61,571 nucleotides of DNA from Anaeromyxobacter sp. (GCA_031427995.1 JANPOM010000191.1:1-61571); one strand, 5' to 3'. Counted from the first letter of the stretch, positions 9,496 to 19,451 are shown. Made by a program: numbers and translations. Notes: generated from the letters alone by a model not told the origin.

Positions 9496-10563
9496 ATGCG
9501 CCGCTTCGCGCTCACCTTCGCGCCGTGCCTCGCGCTGCTGGCCGCCTGCGCCGGCGCTCGCCCCGCGCCCACCGGGGCCGACCCCGGTCTGGCCTTGCTC
9601 CGGCCGGCCGAGCTGGCGCGGGTCCGCTGCCTCCTGCTCGCCCCGGTCGAGAGCGCCACCGACGCACCGCTCGCCGCCGAGGAGACCACCCGGGCGCTGG
9701 AGGCGAGCGTCGACCCGGCTCGCACCCAGGTACTCCCCGTGGCCGAGCTGCGCGCCATGCTGGCCGACACCTCGCTGGAGCTGTCCGAGGGAGTGCCGGG
9801 TAGCACCGCCCTGGAGCTGGCGGAGTTGCTCGGCGCCGACGGCGCGCTCTACGGGGCCGTCGAGGGACGCAGCCAGGGGCGCGATCCTCGCCTGGCGGTG
9901 ACGCTCCGGCTCCTGCTGGTGCCGGGCCGTGAGCTGGTCTTCGCCGGCTCGGCCTTCATCGTGCCCGCCTCTGGCGAGCCGCTCGAGGCGGCGGCCCGGC
10001 GCACCGTCGTCGACCTGGCTCGCCCGGTCCTCGACCGGCTCGGCGCCACCGGGAGCCGCGCCTGCTTCGACCCGGGGAGGCGAGCCGCGCTGCGCGCCGC
10101 CGCCGTGGCGCTCCGGCCCGCGCCGGACCTGACCCCGCCGTCACCGATCTCCGAGGAGCCGTCCCCGGCCCTTGCGCCCACCCTGCGCAACCCGCGCCAG
10201 CGCGAATGGGCCGGGCGGCTCGTCGGGCGCGGCACGGTGACGCTCGAGGAGGTGGCCTTCGCCGGGCGCACCGCCGACCTGGCTCGCGCGCCCGGGCTGT
10301 CCGACCTTGCCGAGGTGCTCGACGGAGCGCCGGGGCTCACGGTCCGGCTCTCCGCCTTCGTCGACGCCAGCGGCGATGCGGCCGCCGACGCTCGCCTCTC
10401 CATGGCCATGGCCCAGGCGGCGGCCCGGCGGCTGGTCGAGCTGGGGGTCGAGGCCGGCCGGATCAGCGTGGCCGGTCGCGGCGGCGAGAGCCCCATCGTC
10501 CCCAACTTCACGGCGCGTGGACGGGCCACCAACCGGCGCCTCGAAGCGGGCTCGCCCCGATGA
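9496..10563 (+). CDS. OmpA-family lipoprotein (C-terminal OmpA/peptidoglycan-binding domain)
   Basis: Internal start MRRFALTFAPCLALLAACAG (lipobox) within ORF 9118..10563. C-terminal OmpA_C signature ...LSMAMAQAAARRLVELGV...ATNRRLE. Confidence 0.75.
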   Translation: MRRFALTFAPCLALLAACAGARPAPTGADPGLALLRPAELARVRCLLLAPVESATDAPLAAEETTRALEASVDPARTQVLPVAELRAMLADTSLELSEGVPGSTALELAELLGADGALYGAVEGRSQGRDPRLAVTLRLLLVPGRELVFAGSAFIVPASGEPLEAAARRTVVDLARPVLDRLGATGSRACFDPGRRAALRAAAVALRPAPDLTPPSPISEEPSPALAPTLRNPRQREWAGRLVGRGTVTLEEVAFAGRTADLARAPGLSDLAEVLDGAPGLTVRLSAFVDASGDAAADARLSMAMAQAAARRLVELGVEAGRISVAGRGGESPIVPNFTARGRATNRRLEAGSPR

Positions 10564-10600
10564 ACCCCGTGGCCCCCCCATCCCCCGCCCCGGAGGCCTG

Positions 10601-11764
10601 ATGAGGTTCTTCGCCACGTGCAGCAAGGGAACCGAGGGGGCGCTGCGCCAGGAACTGGCGGCCCTCAAGCTCCCGGCGGTTCGCGGCGGGCGGGGTGGCG
10701 TCCACTTCGAGGGGAAGCTCGAGCACGGCGCCAAGGCCTGCCTCCATTCTCGCACCGCCATGCGGGTGCTGCTGGAGCTGGCCGAGTTTCCGGTGAGCGG
10801 CGCCGACGACCTCTACCAGGCGGCCCGCGGCGTCGACTGGACCCCGTGGCTCACCGAGAAGACCACCCTGGCGGTGGAGGCCACCGGCCTGGCCCCGGGC
10901 GTCACCCACACCGGCTTCGCGGCGCTCAAGGTGAAGGACGGCGTGGTCGACCAGCTGCGCGAGAAGCTCGGAGCGCGGCCCGACGTCGACACCAGGAACC
11001 CCGACGTCCCCATCGTCCTCCACCTCGACGGCGGCCAGGGCACCCTCTCGCTCGACCTGGCCGGCGAGCCGCTCCACAAGCGCGGCTGGCGCACCACCAC
11101 CTCGGTGGCGCCCCTCAAGGAGACGCTGGCCGCGGCCGTGCTGCTGCTCGGGCGGATCGAGACCGGGATCCCCTTCGTCGATCCGCTCTGCGGCTCCGGC
11201 ACGCTGGCCATCGAGCAGGCGCTGCGGGCCCGCTGCATCGCCCCGGGCCTGGATAGGTCCTTCGCCTTCCAGCGCTGGACCTGCTACCGCGACGAGCTCC
11301 AATCGCGCTGGGACAAGCTCCGCGGGCAGGCCCGCGCCGCGGTGCTGCCGTCCCTGCCCGCCCCCATCTTCGCCTCCGACTTCCACCCCAAGGCCATCGA
11401 CGCCTGCCGGCGCAACGCCCACCTGGCCGGCGTGGCCGGCGACCTGGTCATCGAGCAGGCCAACGTGCGCGACCTCGCGCCGCGCGGCCAGCAGGGCACG
11501 CTCTGCATGAACCCGCCCTACGGCGAGCGGCTCATCGCCGAAGAGGACGGCCCCGAGGCCCGCTCGGCGGCCCGCACCCAGGAGCGGAAGCTGGTCGGCT
11601 TCTACCGCCTGCTCGCCGAGCTGCTGGAGCGCCACCAGGGCTGGAGCGCGGTGCTGCTCTCCGGCAACCCGCTGCTGCAGCAGACCCTGGCCCGCAAGGC
11701 CGAGATCGACCACCGGCTCTGGAATGGGCCGCTGGAGGTCCACCTGCTCAGGTACCGGCTCTAG
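10601..11764 (+). CDS. THUMP-domain class I SAM-dependent RNA methyltransferase (RlmL/YpsC-like)
   Basis: Start MRFFATCSKGTEGALRQEL. SAM motif DPLCGSGTLAIE and catalytic NPPYGERL. Confidence 0.85.
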   Translation: MRFFATCSKGTEGALRQELAALKLPAVRGGRGGVHFEGKLEHGAKACLHSRTAMRVLLELAEFPVSGADDLYQAARGVDWTPWLTEKTTLAVEATGLAPGVTHTGFAALKVKDGVVDQLREKLGARPDVDTRNPDVPIVLHLDGGQGTLSLDLAGEPLHKRGWRTTTSVAPLKETLAAAVLLLGRIETGIPFVDPLCGSGTLAIEQALRARCIAPGLDRSFAFQRWTCYRDELQSRWDKLRGQARAAVLPSLPAPIFASDFHPKAIDACRRNAHLAGVAGDLVIEQANVRDLAPRGQQGTLCMNPPYGERLIAEEDGPEARSAARTQERKLVGFYRLLAELLERHQGWSAVLLSGNPLLQQTLARKAEIDHRLWNGPLEVHLLRYRL

Positions 11765-11851
11765 TCGCGACGGCGACGGCCTCTGGTGGCGCCGCCGCAA
11801 ACTTCGAAGTGCGCCTCTGGACGGCGCCTGCCGCGGTCCCGGCGGGCGCCG

Positions 11852-13183
11852 CTACCTGGCGGCCGCCGGCTTCGGCGGCGCAGCGGCCGCCAGCTCGTCG
11901 CGCAGCGTCCGCGCCGCCTTGAGCACGCCCCTGGGCCGGACCGCCTCGGGCAGCCCCTCGCCGTGGCGGATGGCTTCGTCGACGGCGGTCTTCGCGCCCA
12001 GGACGTCACCGGCCGCTCGCAGCGCCCGGGCCTCGACCACCAGGATGTTCACCCTTCGTGGACCCTGGGCCAGCGCGGCGGCGGCCCTGGCGGTGGCGGC
12101 GGCCTCTTTCGGCCGCCCGGCCTCGAGGTAGCCGCGAGCCAGGTAGGCCAGCGCGAAATACTCTCCGGGCAGGGCCCGGGCCGAGGCCTCCAGCGCCGGG
12201 ATGACCCGCTGGAGGTCACCCAGCGTCATGGCCGCGGTGAGCCGGGCCCCGTCGAAGGCGGAGCGGGCCAGCGGCGTGGTGGCCCGGGCCGACTCGGCCT
12301 CGATCCAGCCGAGCCAGTCGCCCGCCACCGCCCTGGCGCCGCCCTCATCCTTGCTGGCCTTGCGCGCGCCCAACAGGGCATCGTAGAGGCCGGAGCGGTC
12401 GTCGCTCGGCACGCCGGGAAACACCAGCGCGCCACCGGCGGCCGGCTCCAGCACCGCGATGGCCTCGGCGCGCGCCGCCGGCGCCTCCAGCGAGACGGCG
12501 CAGACCAGCCCAGCCGCCGCCACCCGGGCCGCCGCCGATCCGTGCGGCAGCGAGGGCAGGAACTTCCGCGCGGCCTCCGCGCAAGGGGCCGGGTCCTTCC
12601 CCAGCGAGAGCGCCTGCAGGAGCGCGTCGGCCGCCTCGGGCCGTCCCGGCCAGGCAAGACCTCCCGCCTCGAGCGCCGCGCCGTACGCCTCAGCCGCCCT
12701 GGCGTGCTCCCGGGCGGCGGCCAGCGCCGCTCCCCGCGCCATGGCGGCCCCGGCGGCGTCGGTCTTCTCCTTGCGCAGCGTCCTGGCGGCGGCGAGGAGC
12801 AACCTCTCCAGTTCCCCGGCGGTGGCCGTCCCCATCCAGCGCAGCGCCACCTGTTCGGTGGCCGGATCGATGACCAGGATGGTCGGCCAGGCCTCGATGG
12901 GGAACCGCTCCACGAAGGCGAAGTTGCCCGGCTTCTCGGTGTCGATGTCGAGCCAGGCAAACTGCCCGGCGAGCTTCACGAGGCGTGCGTCGGTGAGGAC
13001 GTTGGCCCGCATGAAGCGGCAGGTGGGTCACCAGGGCGCCCAGACCTCGACCACCAGCGGCACGTTGCGGGCCCGCGCATCGGCCAGGGCCCGGGCGTAG
13101 TCGTCCTGGATGAAGTGGAGCGTTCCGGCCGCCGGGGCCGGCGCGGAGGCCAGCATGGCGAGGGTCAGCACGAGCGAGCGCAT
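11852..13183 (-). CDS. secreted thioredoxin-fold (Thioredoxin_7-like) + TPR-like protein with in-frame TGA at the redox motif (putative UxxC selenoprotein)
   Basis: In the same frame as ORF 11852..13012, the upstream 51 codons read MRSLVLTLAMLASAPAPAAGTLHFIQDDYARALADARARNVPLVVEVWAPW. These are followed by TGA (13030..13028), then PTCRF-MRANVLTD... The total is 444 codons in frame. The TGA occupies the first Cys position of W-C-x-x-C. Confidence 0.6.
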
Positions 13184-13214
13184 CCGGGAAATCTAACGCG
13201 GGTGCCTGCCCGGG

Positions 13215-13658
13215 TCAGCCCTTTCGCTTCATCGAGAGGCCGAGCGTGAAGCGGGCCACCGGTTCGCCGCCGTACTTGTCCGGCACGGTGCAGGTGACGT
13301 GGACTGGCATGGTGATGCGCTCCCCGGTCTGGTCGGCCTTCACGACGGCCGCCGCCACCTCGGCCCCCTGCTCGCAGGCGAAGTGGACGTCGCCATCGGC
13401 GCGCTTCAAGAACTGCCCCTGGACGTCGGCGAAGACGATGACCACCCTCGGGTGGCCGGCCCGGATGGCCCGGAAGGCGGGTAGGCCGCCGGCCAGGTCG
13501 GCCCCGGCGCAGAGGGCGCCTACGTACATCGAGCCGACGTGGTTCCTGGTTCGCCAGCCGAAGGGAATCTTCACGGTGCAGCCGGTCTGGTCGAGCCGGA
13601 GCACGCGGGGGCCGAGGAAGAGCAGCACCGGGATCCTCAAGCCCAGCAGCCGGATCAT
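13215..13658 (-). CDS. hot-dog fold thioesterase-like protein (DUF4442/YiiD_C-like)
   Basis: 147-aa C-terminal part of the shadow-extended ORF 13215..14870, starting at MIRLLGLRIPVLLFLGPRV. Motif GSMYVGALCAGADLAGG. Confidence 0.65.
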   Translation of the reverse strand: MIRLLGLRIPVLLFLGPRVLRLDQTGCTVKIPFGWRTRNHVGSMYVGALCAGADLAGGLPAFRAIRAGHPRVVIVFADVQGQFLKRADGDVHFACEQGAEVAAAVVKADQTGERITMPVHVTCTVPDKYGGEPVARFTLGLSMKRKG

Positions 13659-13681
13659 GGCGGTCTCCTTGAGCAGCACGT

Positions 13682-15073
13682 TCACCTCGTCTGGCCGGCT
13701 CCGCCGGTGGCGGTGTAGCGCCTCGCCATGGCGCGGAAGCCGAAGGCGGCCCCCAGCATGAGCAGGGCGAAGAAGGCGAAGTAGGCGGCGCCGGAGAGCC
13801 GGACGAACTGGACCAGGAAGGTGAGCAGGTTTCCGAGGAAGACGGTTAGGAACCAGATCGACATGATGGTCGAGCGCATCGAGCGGGGCGCCTGCGTGTA
13901 GCTGAACTCCAGCCCGGTCACCGAGACCAGCACCTCGGCGGTGGTGAGGAGCAGGTACTGGGGGAACTGCCAGAGCAGCCCGGGCGGCTGGCCGCCGTCG
14001 ATGCGCAGCTGCACCAGCGCCGCGGCCACGAAGGAGAAGACGGTGAGGAACATGCCGGCCGTCATCTTGGTGAGCGGCGCCGGCGAGACCCCGCGCCGGG
14101 CCAGCGCCGGGAAGACCACCCAGCTGAAGAACGGGATCAGCGCCATGACCAGGAAGGGGTTGAGGGCCTGCAGCTGCGCCGCGTCGAGCTCGAAGGGGCC
14201 GATGACGGTGCCGCCGATGCTGAACGGCCCGACCGTGCTGATGAGCTGCTTTCCCTGCAGCACCCAGCTCGAGCCGGTCTGGTCGAAGAGCGCCCAGAAG
14301 ACGGTGACGGCGCCGAAGACCCCCATGATGCGCAGCACCGCCCGCGCCCCCGCGACCGCCTCGGGGGGGTGGCGCTCCAGCGCGGTGTCGAGCCAGTTCT
14401 CCCCGGCGCGGTGGGTGCCGAGGCGGCGCAGCGCGTGCCAGAGCACGTCGAGGAACCCGTGCGGGTTGGGGCCGGAGGGCGGGGTGCGGACGTAGTGGCG
14501 GGTGCCGGCCCAGAAGACCCAGGTGGCGATGGCCATGAAGATGCCGGGAACCGCGAAGGCCACCGCTGGTCCGTAACGGCGCAAGAGCCAGGGGATGAGC
14601 AGCTTGGCGGTGGCCGAGCCGAGGTTGATGACCCAGTAGAACCAGCCGTAGACCCTCTGCATCATGACCTTCTGGTCGGGCCTGAACTGGTCGCCGACGA
14701 AGGCCGAAACGCAGGGCTTGATGCCGCCCGATCCGAGGGTGATGAGCGCCAGCCCGGTGATGAAGCCGGTGCGCGAATCCCAGAAGGCCAGGGTCAGGTG
14801 GCCGAGGACGTAGAAGAGCGAGATCCAGAGGATGGTCTTGTAGCGGCCCCAGTAGCGGTCGGCGATCCACCCGCCCAGCAGCGGGGTCAGGTAGTTGACC
14901 ATCATGAAGAGGTGGTAGCCCTCCTTGGCCTCGGTGTCCGGGTAGAGCAGGTACCCGGTCATGTAGACCACCAGCACCGAGCGCATCCCGTAGAAGGAGA
15001 AGCGCTCGCAGGCCTCGTTGCCCACGATGTACTTCACCTGCGGTGGATAGCGTTCGGCGCTGGCGGCGGTCAT
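13682..15073 (-). CDS. POT/PTR2-family proton-dependent oligopeptide transporter
   Basis: Signature GNEACERFSFYGMRSVLVVYM ... GGWIADRYWGRYKTI. Polytopic. Confidence 0.9.
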   Translation of the reverse strand: MTAASAERYPPQVKYIVGNEACERFSFYGMRSVLVVYMTGYLLYPDTEAKEGYHLFMMVNYLTPLLGGWIADRYWGRYKTILWISLFYVLGHLTLAFWDSRTGFITGLALITLGSGGIKPCVSAFVGDQFRPDQKVMMQRVYGWFYWVINLGSATAKLLIPWLLRRYGPAVAFAVPGIFMAIATWVFWAGTRHYVRTPPSGPNPHGFLDVLWHALRRLGTHRAGENWLDTALERHPPEAVAGARAVLRIMGVFGAVTVFWALFDQTGSSWVLQGKQLISTVGPFSIGGTVIGPFELDAAQLQALNPFLVMALIPFFSWVVFPALARRGVSPAPLTKMTAGMFLTVFSFVAAALVQLRIDGGQPPGLLWQFPQYLLLTTAEVLVSVTGLEFSYTQAPRSMRSTIMSIWFLTVFLGNLLTFLVQFVRLSGAAYFAFFALLMLGAAFGFRAMARRYTATGGAGQTR

Positions 15074-15124
15074 GGGGCTCGGAGCGAGGTGATGGCGGTC
15101 AGTCCCTGGGCGGTGGCGGCGGCG

Positions 15125-16444
15125 TCAGGCGGCGGCGGTGCGGCGGGAGGCGCGGAAGGCGAGCGTCACCAGCAGGAAGGCCACCGCGGCACCCAGCATG
15201 AGCCAGGCATAGAAGTGGTAGTAGCCGACCCCCTGCCAGCGGTTGAGCCCGGCCACCACCGCGGCCAGCAGGCTGCCGCCGGAGATGGTGAGGAACCAGA
15301 GCCCCATCACCAGGCTCTTGAGCTGGGGCGGGGCCTGCGTGTAGGCGAACTCGAGCGCGGTCACGCTCACCAGCACCTCGCCGACGCCCATGAAGACGTA
15401 CTGCGGCACCTGCCAGGCGACGTGCGGGTTGCCCCCGGCCCGGAGCTGGGCCTCGACCCAGGCGGCGGCCAGGAAGGAGAGTCCGGTCACGAACATGCCC
15501 ACCGACATCTTGCGGAGCGGCGTGACCGCCACCCCGGCGCGGACCAGTGCCGGGTAGACCAGCAGCGTGAAGACCGGGATCAGCGTCAGCACCAGCAGAG
15601 CGTTGAGCGTCTGCATCTGCCCGGCCGAGATCTGCAGGCCTCCCACCACCCGGTCGAGCTTGTCGGCCTGCAGGGTCCAGGCCGAGTCGTACTGGAAGTA
15701 GAGGGACCAGAAGACCGCCACCGGGGCGAAGATGGCCGCGATCCAGCCCAGCGACCGGATCGTGCCCATGACCCCGAGCCGCTCCGGCGCGGCCCGCCCC
15801 GCCGCCGCCGCCTCGGCCCGCGCCACCACCGCCGGCGGCAGGCGCAGGTAGCGGGTGCGTCCCGCCCAGAAGACCAGCAGCGCCAGCGCCATGGCCAGCC
15901 CGGGCACGCCGAAGGCGACGCGGGGGCCGTAGGCGTCGAAGAGCCAGGGGATGAGCAACGTCGAGGCGAAGGAGCCGAGGTTGATCATCCAGTAGTAGAG
16001 GTTGTAGACGCGCTCGACGGCGCGGTCGTCGCCGGCCGGGACCTGGTCGGCCGCGAAGGCCGAAGCGCAGGGCTTGATGCCGCCGGCGCCGAGCGCGATC
16101 AGCGTCAGGCCGACCACCAGCCCGGCTGGCGTCTCCCAGAGGGCGACGGTGGCGTGGCCGGCCACGTAGCCGAAGGAGAGCCAGAGGATGGTCCGGTAGC
16201 GCCCCCAGAGCAGGTCGGCGAGGAGCGCACCCAGCAGCGGCGTCAGGTAGACCGCGGCGTTGAAGAGGCTCTTGCCCGCGACCGCCTGGTGCTCGGCCAA
16301 GCCCAGGTGCTTCACCATGTGCAGCACCAGGATCGAGCCCATCCCGTAGAAGGAGAAGCGCTCGGCCGCCTCGTTCCAGGCCAGGTACCAGATCTGCGAC
16401 GGAAGGCGCGCTGGGCGGCCGGGCGTGCTCATGTGGACGGGCAT
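15125..16444 (-). CDS. POT/PTR2-family oligopeptide transporter (tandem paralogue)
   Basis: C-terminal 440 codons of the 995-aa artefactual ORF. Start MPVHMSTPG (or 16432). Signature WNEAAERFSFYGMGSILVLHM ... GALLADLLWGRYRTI. Confidence 0.88.
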   Translation of the reverse strand: MPVHMSTPGRPARLPSQIWYLAWNEAAERFSFYGMGSILVLHMVKHLGLAEHQAVAGKSLFNAAVYLTPLLGALLADLLWGRYRTILWLSFGYVAGHATVALWETPAGLVVGLTLIALGAGGIKPCASAFAADQVPAGDDRAVERVYNLYYWMINLGSFASTLLIPWLFDAYGPRVAFGVPGLAMALALLVFWAGRTRYLRLPPAVVARAEAAAAGRAAPERLGVMGTIRSLGWIAAIFAPVAVFWSLYFQYDSAWTLQADKLDRVVGGLQISAGQMQTLNALLVLTLIPVFTLLVYPALVRAGVAVTPLRKMSVGMFVTGLSFLAAAWVEAQLRAGGNPHVAWQVPQYVFMGVGEVLVSVTALEFAYTQAPPQLKSLVMGLWFLTISGGSLLAAVVAGLNRWQGVGYYHFYAWLMLGAAVAFLLVTLAFRASRRTAAA

Positions 16445-16543
16445 CCTGCCACACCTCGCCGCCCGGCGGCGTGAGCCCGTCCACGCCGTTGCCCCGGGGC
16501 ACCCGCCGCGGGTCCCGGCACGGACGCTGGTAGACTTCCCCGG

Positions 16544-18016
16544 ATGCACGAGCCCTTCGCCACCGCGCTGCTGCTCGCCGCCGCCGGGGTGCTGCTGGCC
16601 GCCGGCGCGCTGGCGAGCCGCACCTCGGGCCGGCTCGGCGTGCCGGCCGCCCTGCTCTTCCTGGCCGTAGGCATGCTGGCAGGCAGCGACGGCCTCGGCG
16701 GCATCCACTTCGACGACTACGCCCTCACCTTCCGGCTCGGGACCGTGGCGCTGGTCCTGATCCTCTTCGACGGCGGGCTCAACACGCCGCTCTCCAGCCT
16801 GCGCGGGGCGCTGGCGCCGGCGGCGGTGCTGGCCACGGCCGGCGTGGTCGGCACCGCGGCGCTGGCGGCGCTGGCGGCGGTCGGCTTCGGCCTGCCCTGG
16901 CCCCAGGCCCTGATCTTCGGCGCGGTGGTCTCCTCCACCGACGCCGCGGCCGTCTTCTCGGTGCTGCGCGGCGGCGGGGTCTCGCTGCGCCAGCGCGTCG
17001 GCCGGGTGCTGGAGCTGGAGTCGGGGCTCAACGACCCGATGGCCGTCATCCTCACCCTCTCGCTCACCGCCGCCGCCATCACCGGCGAGCGGCCAGGCTG
17101 GAAGCTGGGGCTGGAGGTGGTGCTGCAACTGGTGATCGGAGCCCTCGGCGGCGCCGCCATCGGCTGGGCCGGCCGCCAGCTCATGACCCGGGCCAGGCTC
17201 TCCGCCGCCGGTCTCTACCCGGTCCTCTCGCTGGCGCTGGCGCTGCTCGCCTTCGGCGTCCCGTCGCTGCTCTGGGGCTCCGGCTTCCTGGCCGTCTACG
17301 TGGCCGCCATGGTGATCGGCGGCGGGCAGATCCCGTACCTGCCCGGCCTGCGCCGGGTGCACGACGCCATCGCCTGGTTCAGCCAGGTGGGGATGTTCCT
17401 GCTGCTCGGCCTGCTCGCCTTCCCGAGCCGGGTCATGCACCAGGCCTGGACCGGGCTGCTGATCGGCCTGCTGCTGGCGCTGGTGGCCCGTCCGGCCGTG
17501 GTGGCCGCCTGCCTGCTCCCCTTCGGCTTCACCTTCCGTGAGGTCCTCTTCATCGCCTGGGTCGGCCTGCGCGGCGCGGTGCCCATCATCCTGGCCTGCT
17601 TCCCGGTGCTGGAGAGGGTGCCGGGCGCCACCGGGGTCTTCGACCTGGTCTTCTTCGTGGTGCTGGTGAGCACCGCCCTGCAGGGCGGAACGGCCCGCTG
17701 GCTGGCGCGCCGGCTCGGGCTGGAGGAGCCCTCCCCGCCGGCGCCCCGCGCCGTGCTGGAGCTGGTCAGCACCCAGCCGCTCACCGGCGAGATGCTGGTC
17801 TTCCACATCGCGCCGGCCAGCGCCGTGGCCGGGGCGCGCATCTCCGACCTGCCGCTGCCCCCCGACGCCGCGGTGATGCTGGTGCTGCGCGGGCGGCAGC
17901 TGGTGCCGGCGCGCGGGCGCACCGTGCTGACCTCCGGAGACCACGTCTACGTCTCGGCGGGCCCCACCGACGCGGCGCTGGTCCGGCTCCTCTTCGGACA
18001 GGCCGAGGAGACCTGA
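16544..18016 (+). CDS. K+/H+ antiporter, CPA1 family (NhaP2/CvrA-like) with C-terminal TrkA_C/RCK domain
   Basis: 490 aa. Multiple TM helices, LESGLNDPMAVIL motif, and soluble C-terminal segment ...GEMLVFHIAPASAVAGARISDLPLP... Confidence 0.85.
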   Translation: MHEPFATALLLAAAGVLLAAGALASRTSGRLGVPAALLFLAVGMLAGSDGLGGIHFDDYALTFRLGTVALVLILFDGGLNTPLSSLRGALAPAAVLATAGVVGTAALAALAAVGFGLPWPQALIFGAVVSSTDAAAVFSVLRGGGVSLRQRVGRVLELESGLNDPMAVILTLSLTAAAITGERPGWKLGLEVVLQLVIGALGGAAIGWAGRQLMTRARLSAAGLYPVLSLALALLAFGVPSLLWGSGFLAVYVAAMVIGGGQIPYLPGLRRVHDAIAWFSQVGMFLLLGLLAFPSRVMHQAWTGLLIGLLLALVARPAVVAACLLPFGFTFREVLFIAWVGLRGAVPIILACFPVLERVPGATGVFDLVFFVVLVSTALQGGTARWLARRLGLEEPSPPAPRAVLELVSTQPLTGEMLVFHIAPASAVAGARISDLPLPPDAAVMLVLRGRQLVPARGRTVLTSGDHVYVSAGPTDAALVRLLFGQAEET

Positions 18017-18026
18017 GGCCCCGGCC

Positions 18027-19046
18027 ATGAAGAAGTTCCTGGTGGTGATGAGCGAGTTGCCGGGCCACGGCCGCGGCGTCAACGGCCGCACCCTGGTGCG
18101 GTTCCTCCGCACCTACGCCGGGGCCGGCGCGGTGGGGGCCTGCGGCGCCGCCGACCTGCTCGACGGCGGCGGGCTGGAGGCCGAGACGGTCTTCCTCGGT
18201 CTCCCCAGCCCGGTGACCGGGCGTCACCTGGCCCGGCTGAGCTGCCGCCACCTGGTGCTCTTCGACCTCTCCGACTGGCATCACCCGCTCTGGACCGACC
18301 TCAACCGGGACCTGCTCCGCGGCGCCTCCACCCTCTACCTCAAGTCCTGGACCGACGCGCGCTGGGACCACGACATCACCATGGGCTACGCCCCCATCCG
18401 GCGCTACGGCAAGCTGCGGCTGGCGCTCGGGCTGGAAAGCTTGCGCGCGGTGCTCGGCCTCGCGCCCCCCAAGCACCGCTTCGACGTCCTCTTCCTCGGC
18501 GCCGCGACCGGCCGGGATCCGGGACGGGCGGATCCGGTCACGGTGCCCAACCAGCGGGTCGAGTGGCTGCTGGAGCTGAAGTCGCGCGGCGAGCACCTCG
18601 CCACCTGGGGCGGCCTGCTTGGCGGGACGCTGGCGCCGCACCTGCTGGAGCGCTACGGCGACCTCTCCCGCTTCACGCTGCCGGGCAAGGTCCCCTTCCG
18701 GACCTACTTCCGCGCCCTGCAGGAGAGCCGCGTGGCCCTCACGCCGGAGGGAAACGCCCCCTGGTCCTACCGCCACTACGAGGCGATCTACGCCCGCTCC
18801 ATGATCGTCACCAATGACTTCCGGCCCATCCAGACGCTGGTCCCACTCCCCAACCAGGGGATGGTCCACGTGGAGCCGGGCCAGCCGGTCCTGCCGGCCA
18901 TCGAGGAGGCGCTCCGGCTCAGGCGCGAGCGGCCGGAGCTGCTGGAGGAGAACGTTCGCTTCCTGGAGCGCTTCCTCGACCAGGGTCTCTACTCGCGCAG
19001 CCGCCCCGAGCTCTGGGAGCGGTTCACCTCCCAGTTGCCGCGCTGA
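18027..19046 (+). CDS. hypothetical protein, weak CgeB/glycosyltransferase-like C-terminus
   Basis: 339-aa ORF with good GC3, 10 nt after the antiporter stop. Only weak resemblance (..RHYEAIYARSMIVTNDF..) to Glyco_trans_1_2-type folds. Confidence 0.55.
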   Translation: MKKFLVVMSELPGHGRGVNGRTLVRFLRTYAGAGAVGACGAADLLDGGGLEAETVFLGLPSPVTGRHLARLSCRHLVLFDLSDWHHPLWTDLNRDLLRGASTLYLKSWTDARWDHDITMGYAPIRRYGKLRLALGLESLRAVLGLAPPKHRFDVLFLGAATGRDPGRADPVTVPNQRVEWLLELKSRGEHLATWGGLLGGTLAPHLLERYGDLSRFTLPGKVPFRTYFRALQESRVALTPEGNAPWSYRHYEAIYARSMIVTNDFRPIQTLVPLPNQGMVHVEPGQPVLPAIEEALRLRRERPELLEENVRFLERFLDQGLYSRSRPELWERFTSQLPR

Positions 19047-19076
19047 CGCCGCGCCGCCATCCACGGCAGGATACAG

Positions 19077-19451
19077 CTACGGTGAGGCGCGCAGCGCGGC
19101 CACCGCCAGCAGCATCCAGCCGGCGATGAAGGCCACGCCGCCAAGCGGCGTGATGGCCCCGAGCCAGCGGACCCCGGTGAGCGCCAGCAGGTAGAGGCTG
19201 CCGGAGAAGAGCACGGTCCCGGCCAGGAGCAGCCAGCCTCCCCAGCTGGCGGCCGCTCCGGTCCAGCGAGCGGCGGCCCAGCCGGCGGCCAGCAGGCCGA
19301 GGGCGGCGTACATCTGGTAGCGGGCCCCGGTCTCGAAGACGGCCAGCGCCTCGGGGGTGAGGCGGGCCTTGAGGCCGTGGGCGGCGAAGGCGCCGGTACC
19401 TACGGCCATGGCGGCGGAGATGGCGCCGGCGGCGAAGAGGAGTCGATCCAT
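19077..19451 (-). CDS. DUF423 (YgdD-like) small membrane protein
   Basis: 124 aa starting MDRLLFAAGAISAAMAVGTGAFAAHGLK. Four hydrophobic helices. Confidence 0.8.
   Translation of the reverse strand: MDRLLFAAGAISAAMAVGTGAFAAHGLKARLTPEALAVFETGARYQMYAALGLLAAGWAAARWTGAAASWGGWLLLAGTVLFSGSLYLLALTGVRWLGAITPLGGVAFIAGWMLLAVAALRASP

Noticed and set aside
15125-18112. 995-aa ORF on the minus strand
   Set aside because: Only the last 440 codons encode a POT transporter. The upstream part is Arg/Gly/Pro/His-rich and exactly antisense to the K+/H+ antiporter gene, so it is a typical high-GC shadow ORF.
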